Positions 27,093 to 34,457 of a stretch of DNA of 38,220 nucleotides are shown piece after piece. The DNA comes from a virus (lineage: Duplodnaviria; Heunggongvirae; Uroviricota; Caudoviricetes): the IMG/VR virus record IMGVR_UViG_3300023371_004649; one strand, given 5' to 3'. The position numbers and the translations under genes were made by a program. The notes beneath the pieces were generated by a model. The model had not been told where the DNA came from. It searched no databases and saw nothing but the letters and a program-made list of their open reading frames with translations. Numbering within the stretch: the first letter of the stretch is position 1; the number at the start of each line of letters is the position of its first letter.

Positions 27093-28503
27093 TTGGTTAA
27101 AGAACAACCAGAAACCTCTTTTCTGTACATTTTTAGTTTTATTGATTTGTTCGTTCTTTAATAGAATGGACCCAGATGTTTATTGGCATATTGCCAATGG
27201 CGAATCTTTGTTGACTAATGGATTGGGAACCAAAGACTATTTCTCCTATTGGGGAGGAAACTTTGTATCCCACGAATGGCTGTATGATATATTGATTTTC
27301 TTCATATTTGACATTGGTGGATATATGTTGTTAAAACTCTTTTCGTTTGTGTGCATAGGAATAACTTTCTTCCTAGCGTTTAAATTAGCAGAAGAAAGAG
27401 CCCATACTAACATGTTTATATTTGTATTCCCACTATTGTTGATTTTTACAAATATAATGTTCTTGGAACCTCGTCCGCAAATAATTTCAACTCTTTGTTT
27501 TGTGTTAGAAATATATCTTTTGGAAAAGAACAAAAAGTTGTTTCTACTCCCATTATTAAGTTTAATCGTTGTTAATATACATGGCGGATTAGCATTGTTC
27601 ATGATTCTAATCCCAATAGTCTATTTGTTAGCACAATTTTTTGAAAAGAAAAACACACTAAATATAAAAAATCTATTAATAATTATCGGGTTAATGTGTG
27701 TTTCATTGATAATTACTCCGTATGGCGCAAAATGCATAATGTATGGATTTAAGATGCCTTCCTATGTATTAAACGTAGTAGATGAATGGAGAATAATGAT
27801 TATCAACTATGATGATATGATTCCACTTTTCTTATTACTAGTACCATTAGCTTCTATGGCGTACAGCCAAAAAGCAACATTAAAAGACATCTTAATGCTC
27901 TGTATGGGATTAATGGCATCATTTATATATTTAAGAATGGTTTTAATTTTAGTACCCATTTATATCATTTTTGGATGCCCACACATTATGTGGACATTTG
28001 AAAAAGCATTAAACAAAATTAAAACACCTAAAATAAAAATACCAAAAATAAATCTTTTATTCCCTACATTGGCAATAATTATTGTACTAGGAATGAATCT
28101 TTCCAATTACACAATAGAAAATGCACAAAAAAATAATGAATTTGCGCCAGAAATAATAACAAAATATATAGAAGAAAATAACATAGATGTCAATAATAAC
28201 ATCATGTTAAACAATTATAATTTTGGGGGATATCTAATTTTTAATGGATATAAAACTTTTATTGACGGTCGTGCCGATGTATTTGTAAGCGAATTTGGAA
28301 ATGAAGATATTTTCAAAGATTATTATTACATTATGGATGTACGAGACAATGTAGACGAATTAATAGCTAAATATAATATTAAGTATTATGCAATATATAA
28401 AAACTGTAAACTGACAAATTATTTGATAAATAACAATTTGGCAAATGTACTTGTTGAAGACGACCAATACATTTTGCTAGAAATGAAAGAGGAGGACTTT
28501 TAA
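27085..28503 (+). CDS. GT-C-fold-like polytopic membrane protein, paralog 2
   Basis: Same motif set (DVYWHI..G, HEWL, RPQ, NIHGG, VDEW, FIDGRAD); ATG 27085 has an AGGAGG SD and overlaps the paralog 1 stop. Confidence 0.65.
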   Translation: MINWLKNNQKPLFCTFLVLLICSFFNRMDPDVYWHIANGESLLTNGLGTKDYFSYWGGNFVSHEWLYDILIFFIFDIGGYMLLKLFSFVCIGITFFLAFKLAEERAHTNMFIFVFPLLLIFTNIMFLEPRPQIISTLCFVLEIYLLEKNKKLFLLPLLSLIVVNIHGGLALFMILIPIVYLLAQFFEKKNTLNIKNLLIIIGLMCVSLIITPYGAKCIMYGFKMPSYVLNVVDEWRIMIINYDDMIPLFLLLVPLASMAYSQKATLKDILMLCMGLMASFIYLRMVLILVPIYIIFGCPHIMWTFEKALNKIKTPKIKIPKINLLFPTLAIIIVLGMNLSNYTIENAQKNNEFAPEIITKYIEENNIDVNNNIMLNNYNFGGYLIFNGYKTFIDGRADVFVSEFGNEDIFKDYYYIMDVRDNVDELIAKYNIKYYAIYKNCKLTNYLINNNLANVLVEDDQYILLEMKEEDF

Positions 28504-29685
28504 ATGAAACAGTATTTTACTTCAGAATCTGTAACTGAAGGACACCCAGATAAAGTATGTGACCAGATTTCAGATGCAATCTTAGATGAGGTTTTAAGAC
28601 AGGACCCATATGGCAGAGTAGCTGCTGAAGTCCTTGCAACTACTGGTTTAATTGTTGTAGCAGGAGAGATTAGCACCACCGCGCAACTAGATATCCAAAA
28701 TATCGTAAGAAAGACAGTCTGTGATATCGGATATGATAGAGAATCAAAAGGATTTAATGGCAATACATGTGCGGTTATGGTAGCCCTTGACAAACAGTCT
28801 CCTGATATTGCAATGGGCGTTGATAATTCGAAAGAATATAAGGACACGGATAAAAAAGATGAAAAAGACCTTGTTGGTGCTGGAGACCAAGGTTTAGTAT
28901 TTGGTTATGCATCTAATGAGACCGAAGAATTAATGCCAATTGCAATTACATACGCCCATAAACTTGCAAAAAGATTAACCGATGTAAGAAAACAAGGAAT
29001 CTTGAATTATCTTCGTCCAGACGGGAAAACTCAAGTAACTGTAGAATATAAGAATGGAAAGGTTAACAGAGTCGATACTATTTTACTCTCTACATCCCAC
29101 GATGAAGGCGTCTCCCAAGAACAAATTAAAGAAGACATCATCAAAAATGTAATTAATGAAGTGATACCCAAAGAACTAATAGACGAAAAAACCAAAATTT
29201 ATGTAAATCCTACTGGCAATTTTGTTATTTGTGGCCCCGTAGGCGATACTGGTCTAACCAACAGAAAGATTATCGTTGATACTTACGGTGGAATGGGCCA
29301 TCATGGTGGTGGCGGCCTAAGTGGTAAAGATGCTACTAAAGTTGACCGTTCCGCTGCATATATGGCTAGATATATCGCTAAAAATGTAGTAGCTGCTGGA
29401 TTAGCAGATAAATGTGAAATTCAAATTTCTTATGCCATTGGTATGGCAAAACCAATTTCTGTTTTTGTTGATACGTTTGGAACTGGAAAAATCTCCGATA
29501 AGGAGATTATAAAAATTGTAAAGAAAGTTTTTGATATGCGCCCTGCTGCAATTATTGAAACATTATCTTTAAGAGAGCCTATCTTCCAGCAAACTGCTGC
29601 ATACGGACATTTTGGTAGAATAGATATCGAATTCCCCTGGGAAAAAGTTAATAAAGTAAAAGAAATCAAAAATCTCTTAAAATAA
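28504..29685 (+). CDS. metK: S-adenosylmethionine synthetase (motif-variant)
   Basis: [47 protein letters not shown]. Confidence 0.95.
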   Translation: MKQYFTSESVTEGHPDKVCDQISDAILDEVLRQDPYGRVAAEVLATTGLIVVAGEISTTAQLDIQNIVRKTVCDIGYDRESKGFNGNTCAVMVALDKQSPDIAMGVDNSKEYKDTDKKDEKDLVGAGDQGLVFGYASNETEELMPIAITYAHKLAKRLTDVRKQGILNYLRPDGKTQVTVEYKNGKVNRVDTILLSTSHDEGVSQEQIKEDIIKNVINEVIPKELIDEKTKIYVNPTGNFVICGPVGDTGLTNRKIIVDTYGGMGHHGGGGLSGKDATKVDRSAAYMARYIAKNVVAAGLADKCEIQISYAIGMAKPISVFVDTFGTGKISDKEIIKIVKKVFDMRPAAIIETLSLREPIFQQTAAYGHFGRIDIEFPWEKVNKVKEIKNLLK

Positions 29686-29690
29686 AATGT

Positions 29691-29724
29691 AAAAAAGACT
29701 GGATTATATAATTCAGTCTTTTTT
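29691..29724 (+). terminator. Intrinsic terminator
   Basis: AAAAAAGACTGGAT-loop-ATTCAGTCTTTTTT. Confidence 0.8.
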
Positions 29725-29857
29725 ATTGTTTTTTAATATAAACAATCTAGAAAAAAACAAGAAAATATGTTATGTATATTAATACAGTGTTTTTAACAAA
29801 ATAGTTTTTATATAATATAATGTACGTTTATTAATAAACACAAATGGGAGGAAAACT

Positions 29858-30721
29858 ATGTCAACAAAAATCTATGACGGCGTTCAAATCAAATATATGA
29901 ACTACGTCGAACTTTGCAATTTCATTAAAGATATGCGAAAGATACTTACCCCTATTGCGCAAGCCGAACTCATGAAAGTTAAGGCTAAGATGCTGGAAGC
30001 AGCTATTGCATACTTCGAGACTGGTGTTCAATTGGATGTATCTATTCAGGATTGGAACAAGCTGAAAGAACTCCAGGGCCATCCCCTCCAGGAAGTTAGA
30101 TACTTTATCGAACGAGAAATTATCATGATGGCAAAGAAAAACGCCTCTACCGATACTTTGATGGACTACAACAGTGATGTCGATATGGACGTTAAACTTT
30201 CCGTTATGCCTATACCTCGTAAGCTTTTGGGTATTAGATATATCCGCAATGAAGCGCTCGACAAGGCATTTATGGAATACCCTGGAATTAAAGAGTATGG
30301 CTATTGGAACAATGTAGATGCGCCAAAGGGAATGTCTAATGACGCATGGAAACGGCGCGAAAAGAACTGGAATATCGCGCTTCCTGGTATCGGTATCCCC
30401 GCAGAAAATGGTTTTGAGTTTTCTATCATCGACACTATTCGTAATGCAAACGAGTGGATTTCTGATTATGAGACTCAAATCATCCCTTATTTGACCCCAA
30501 ATGATGAACTCTGCACAAAGATTGCCAAGATGAAGCTTTTGGGTATCAAATTCGATGAGCTTAAGCAGGAGATGGAATCCAACGACGATAGTTTGAGGGT
30601 TTATTTTAAAGCTCGAGATTACGTAAAGGAACATCCTGAAGAAGTCGAAACCATCAAGAAAGATATCAATCTCGATGTGACGGCCATTATCAGAGAAGAA
30701 ATTGCTCAAAAACGCGCATAA
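29858..30721 (+). CDS. Hypothetical protein, phage/MGE-like (287 aa)
   Basis: GGGAGG SD; MSTKIYDG...EYGYWNNVDAPKGMSNDAWKRREKNW; GC higher than neighbours. Confidence 0.85.
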   Translation: MSTKIYDGVQIKYMNYVELCNFIKDMRKILTPIAQAELMKVKAKMLEAAIAYFETGVQLDVSIQDWNKLKELQGHPLQEVRYFIEREIIMMAKKNASTDTLMDYNSDVDMDVKLSVMPIPRKLLGIRYIRNEALDKAFMEYPGIKEYGYWNNVDAPKGMSNDAWKRREKNWNIALPGIGIPAENGFEFSIIDTIRNANEWISDYETQIIPYLTPNDELCTKIAKMKLLGIKFDELKQEMESNDDSLRVYFKARDYVKEHPEEVETIKKDINLDVTAIIREEIAQKRA

Positions 30722-30725
30722 ACTC

Positions 30726-30759
30726 AAAAAACCATCCGAAAAAATCGGATGGTTTTTTT
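30726..30759. terminator. Bidirectional intrinsic terminator
   Basis: AAAAAACCATCCGA-aaaaa-TCGGATGGTTTTTT. Confidence 0.85.
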
Positions 30760-31180
30760 ATAGGTTTTTTAAAATTTCAACTGTTTTTTCATCTTTTTTA
30801 CCTTCGAAAAATTTATCTAAAACTTTTTGAAATACAGCATTTTCAGAAGAAATTTCAGCAAACAGAGTCATAGAAGAACGAAGTTTAAGGTCATCAGGGT
30901 ATCCCATAACTTCTCTTGCATCATTAGACTTGATATTTAACAATACTGAAGATATTTCCAAAATTCTTTTCCCAAGAACTGGATGATTTATATAATCTAA
31001 TGCTTCTTTTTTATTTTGGATTTCAAAATATTTCGCAGTAGGACTAAATCCCAACCCACTTATTTGAGGGAAGATGTACCACATCCAGTGAGAACACTTA
31101 TATCCGTTTCTCATCTCTTCTAACGCAATATCATAATCATATTCTTGGGCTTCTAAAAATCTATTTAAATCTTTTTTCAT
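30758..31180 (-). CDS. DUF1810 family protein
   Basis: LNRFLEAQ...ALEEMRNG.K.SHWMWYIFPQ...DDLKLRSSMTLF. Confidence 0.92.
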   Translation of the reverse strand: MKKDLNRFLEAQEYDYDIALEEMRNGYKCSHWMWYIFPQISGLGFSPTAKYFEIQNKKEALDYINHPVLGKRILEISSVLLNIKSNDAREVMGYPDDLKLRSSMTLFAEISSENAVFQKVLDKFFEGKKDEKTVEILKNL

Positions 31181-31241
31181 AAAAAAATCACCTCTTTGTT
31201 TTTATATTTATATTATATCATAAATCTATACTTTGAGCAAC

Positions 31242-31264
31242 AAAAAAGAGACCCGAAGGTCTCT
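31242..31264 (-). terminator. Intrinsic terminator
   Basis: AGAGACC-cgaa-GGTCTCT with an A run on the plus strand. Confidence 0.75.
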
Positions 31265-31273
31265 AATTTGTCT

Positions 31274-31621
31274 TTAACCGAAAATGTTCAACATCACGGT
31301 AAAGAAATTGTATTCCCAAATCAACTCAGGCGAACTGATGTTGTTTGCGATTACGTTGAAGTACGAGGTTATTACCCATACCCAGAACGGAGTAGCTACG
31401 CCGCAAAGCCACATAGAAAAATCGTCTCCGAACTTTTCCCAGTTAGTGGTCTTAAACTTGCGGTACACGACCCAGATGATGGCGAAATTCACGAACTTGA
31501 ACTTTTCGCCAAAGGTCATAGCCTTCTCATCCTTAGCTGCGATGCGCTTGATTTCGTGACGTATGTACTTCATCAAGGGCATTTTTACTTTTGCCTTTAC
31601 TTCTACTATCTTCTGTTCCAT
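31274..31621 (-). CDS. Small membrane protein (115 aa)
   Basis: AGGAGG SD; two hydrophobic Trp-rich segments. Confidence 0.7.
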   Translation of the reverse strand: MEQKIVEVKAKVKMPLMKYIRHEIKRIAAKDEKAMTFGEKFKFVNFAIIWVVYRKFKTTNWEKFGDDFSMWLCGVATPFWVWVITSYFNVIANNISSPELIWEYNFFTVMLNIFG

Positions 31622-31707
31622 GTTTTATTCCTCCTTGTTTTTAACCATTAAATTTCCTCCAATTTGCTTCGTTGTATTATATTATATGATTTAAACACTC
31701 TAAATAA

Positions 31708-31736
31708 TTTACTTTCATACAAAAATATGTTAAAAT
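31708..31736 (+). promoter_or_regulatory. sigmaA-type promoter
   Basis: TTTACT-17-TAAAAT within ATATGTTAAAAT. Confidence 0.65.
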
Positions 31737-31767
31737 ACACACAACAAATTTATTTGGAGGGCTAAGT

Positions 31768-32148
31768 ATGTTTTGCAGTAACCAAGTTTTCAGGATTTGT
31801 GGAGACACCCACGAAAACCTAGAGAAAGCAATCGAATGCATCCTGGCATTTATAGGTACAGAGAATATGTCAAAGTTTAGGATTGCAAACGGATGTATCA
31901 CTTTCACAAAGTTAGAATGTCAATCAGATGATTTTCAGACTATCCCAATTTATGGTAGCGCATACATGATGACTACCATGATTGAGACTTTTCTAAAATC
32001 AAAAGAAGCTCAACCATATTATGAAAACCAATACAAAGGCGGAGATGGTAGTTTCTACAAAGGTTGGGAAATTTTTATTTCCGAAGATTATAAAATTCGT
32101 GGAGACCACTTCTCTGTCCGCCCATTTACTACATATTATGCAAAATAA
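31768..32148 (+). CDS. Phage-like hypothetical protein (126 aa)
   Basis: GGAGG SD, own promoter and terminator; GDGS..KGW motif. Confidence 0.75.
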   Translation: MFCSNQVFRICGDTHENLEKAIECILAFIGTENMSKFRIANGCITFTKLECQSDDFQTIPIYGSAYMMTTMIETFLKSKEAQPYYENQYKGGDGSFYKGWEIFISEDYKIRGDHFSVRPFTTYYAK

Positions 32149-32152
32149 TTAT

Positions 32153-32183
32153 AAAAAGGAGTTGGATAAACCAGCTCCTTTTT
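32153..32183. terminator. Bidirectional intrinsic terminator
   Basis: AAAAAGGAGTTGG-ataaa-CCAGCTCCTTTTT. Confidence 0.8.
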
Positions 32184-32279
32184 AGTTTATCAACTAAATT
32201 TTTCAATCCATCTCCAATGATAGAAGGACCTTATTATCTCATCATTGTTTAAATAATATCATTTTGTTTTATCCCATTC

Positions 32280-32326
32280 TTGACACTCCCCCATAGCTAA
32301 AGCAGGGGGCTTTACGGCGCTATTCG
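32280..32326 (-). mobile_element. Minimal IS200/IS605-derived non-autonomous element (PATE-like, about 47 bp)
   Basis: Minus strand reads TTTAT|CGAATAGCGCCGTAAAGCCCCCTGCTTTAGCTATGGGGGAGTGTCAA|: a TAM-like pentamer, the CCCCC..GCTTTAGC..GGGGG subterminal hairpin and a TCAA right end. There is no tnpA or tnpB. Confidence 0.65.
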
Positions 32327-32345
32327 ATAAAAAGGTGATAATACA

Positions 32346-33494
32346 TTATTTTTCTCCATTAATCATTTGTAAGGCAACAGCCATTGCATTTTCTTCCTCA
32401 ACAATATCAGGAACAATTCCCACACCTTCAATAAATCGGTCACTAGGTGGATAATAATATCCAACTGACATTAATACAGAACTTCCATCGGCCAGAGGAT
32501 AATATCCTAAAATGGTACTCTTGCCAAACGTCTGAGAACCAATAAATGTAGCATTATTGGTATCTTGTAAAGACATAATAAATAGTTCTGAAGCACTAGC
32601 AGAGTTTTCGTTACCCAAGATATAAATAGGAATATCTACACATTCAGCATCGGACTCTACAATATTTTCGGCATTCTTATATTTCTCGGTGTAAATCTCT
32701 CCAGCAGGAGCCAAACGGTCGATAATCTGAGTAACTGCATCCTTGTCACCACCACCATTATTTCTAACATCAAAAATTAGATATGAAACTTTATTATCCC
32801 TTAGTAGTTCATTAAATTCATCGACAAATTCGTGGCCAGAATTCTCAGTAAAATTACTAATACTAATAGTGGCGATTTCATTTTCTATAGATATTTTAAT
32901 GGTATCCATATTAACCTTTTCTAATGGCAAGACAATATCTTTATTATCAACGGTCAATATTACTTCCTTTTCCCCAGAAGTCGCAACCTCTTGTAATTCT
33001 ACAATGCCCTCTTCACTATTGGCATCTATACCGTTAATCTTATAAATTTTATCACCAACATTAATTACCCCATCAGCAGGAGTCCCAGAATAAACTTCTT
33101 CTACTAAAATATATCTTTCATTTTCGGGATAACTAATAACTATCCCAACTCCAACATATTCGCCAGTCAATTCTTTTTCTACATTGATAGCCTCTTGAGC
33201 CGTAATATAACCACCATACTTGTCATCCATAGATTTAGTTAAAGCCTTTAACATGGTATCCATATAATAATTTTCATCATCAGACATTGGATTAATGTAA
33301 TCCGTCTCGTAAAATTCAAGAATTTCAGCTATCTTATATAGATTCACAGCATTCTCAGATATGTTTTTTGTTTCTTCTTTAATTTCTCTTATTTCTTCAG
33401 CTGTTTGATAGGCATTAATTGTAAAAAATATCGCCACAATAAGTGTAATAGTAGAAATGATGGAAATTATGTTGTTATAAGTATTTCGATTCAA
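32346..33494 (-). CDS. ctpA: C-terminal processing protease, S41 family (PDZ + S41)
   Basis: N-terminal TM, GVGI PDZ entry, DVRNNGGG, SASASE (Ser), TFGK (Lys), GVGIVPD. Confidence 0.92.
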   Translation of the reverse strand: MNRNTYNNIISIISTITLIVAIFFTINAYQTAEEIREIKEETKNISENAVNLYKIAEILEFYETDYINPMSDDENYYMDTMLKALTKSMDDKYGGYITAQEAINVEKELTGEYVGVGIVISYPENERYILVEEVYSGTPADGVINVGDKIYKINGIDANSEEGIVELQEVATSGEKEVILTVDNKDIVLPLEKVNMDTIKISIENEIATISISNFTENSGHEFVDEFNELLRDNKVSYLIFDVRNNGGGDKDAVTQIIDRLAPAGEIYTEKYKNAENIVESDAECVDIPIYILGNENSASASELFIMSLQDTNNATFIGSQTFGKSTILGYYPLADGSSVLMSVGYYYPPSDRFIEGVGIVPDIVEEENAMAVALQMINGEK

Positions 33495-33519
33495 TTTTTT
33501 CGCCTCCCTTTATGCCATT

Positions 33520-33595
33520 ATTATAACATATCTTTTTTAATTTTTCTAGTTTTTGCAGTCAAAATATTGTTTTTCTTTTTAAAATATGTTATAAT
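33520..33595. promoter_or_regulatory. Divergent promoter pair
   Basis: Exact ATATGTTATAAT on minus (33520-33531) and plus (33584-33595); the plus -35 TTGTTT is at 17 bp spacing. Confidence 0.75.
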
Positions 33596-33628
33596 ATATT
33601 TAGACTATTTTAGGAAGGAGATTATATT

Positions 33629-34432
33629 ATGGCAAATAGAGAATACTTAAGAAAACTAGCACAAGAAACCTTAGACATTTCTGCCTCTGGCAGTTATTTA
33701 TTTAATAAAGAAAAAGTAAATTTACCTCCTATGGGAAGAACTTGGTATTACGACAATAAGTTCGACTACAAGAAAAGCTTAGAAAATAAAAAAATCTTTG
33801 AACAAACGGAAATCCTAATTTATGAAGAAAGCACCATTGATGCTATTCACAGAAATTCAAATGACGAGCACTTAGGCGTTTTAAATTTCGCATCCGCTCG
33901 TCATGCAGGAGGAGGATTCCTTAACGGTGCAATGGCGCAAGAAGAATGTTTGGCATATTCCAGTGATTTATATGACACACAAACATGTGATATTGGACAA
34001 AAATATTATAAAAACAACGCAACAGTCAAACATCACTCTTACTACAACGGGATGATGATGACCGAAAATTGTTTTTTTAGAAACTCTAGTTTTAAATTAG
34101 TTAAAACTCCTACATGTTGTATGGTAATTACTGCTCCAGCAGTAAATATGGGACAGGTTCGCAAGTTTAATGAACCAGAAAAGAGTGCAAAACAAACCAT
34201 GAAAAACAGAATGAGAAACATTTTATATTTGTTTATTTATCACGGATGTACAAATATCATATTAGGAGCATTTGGCTGTGGCGTATTTCAAAACAATCCA
34301 AATGACATTGCAAAGTATTGGCATGAATTATTAGTGGAAGAAGATTTAAAAAAATATTTTGAAAAGATTACTTTTTCCATTTTAAATTCTAAAAGTGGTG
34401 ATAATATTACACCATTTAGGAAATATTTTTAA
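33629..34432 (+). CDS. TIGR02452/DUF2263 PARG-type macrodomain ADP-ribosyl hydrolase
   Basis: LNFASARHAGGGFLNGAMAQEE PARG signature; ITAPAVN; ILGAFGCGVFQN. Confidence 0.92.
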   Translation: MANREYLRKLAQETLDISASGSYLFNKEKVNLPPMGRTWYYDNKFDYKKSLENKKIFEQTEILIYEESTIDAIHRNSNDEHLGVLNFASARHAGGGFLNGAMAQEECLAYSSDLYDTQTCDIGQKYYKNNATVKHHSYYNGMMMTENCFFRNSSFKLVKTPTCCMVITAPAVNMGQVRKFNEPEKSAKQTMKNRMRNILYLFIYHGCTNIILGAFGCGVFQNNPNDIAKYWHELLVEEDLKKYFEKITFSILNSKSGDNITPFRKYF

Positions 34433-34457
34433 ATTCTAAACGAAAGGAGATAACAAC

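Noticed and set aside
29861-30727. 288-aa antisense ORF spanning the 287-aa gene
   Set aside because: It mirrors the sense gene in register, a typical shadow of codon bias. The plus-strand gene has the SD, promoter region and terminator.
31196-31651. 151-aa plus-strand ORF opposite the 115-aa membrane gene
   Set aside because: It has no SD and runs through a minus-strand terminator. The minus-strand gene has AGGAGG and a terminator.
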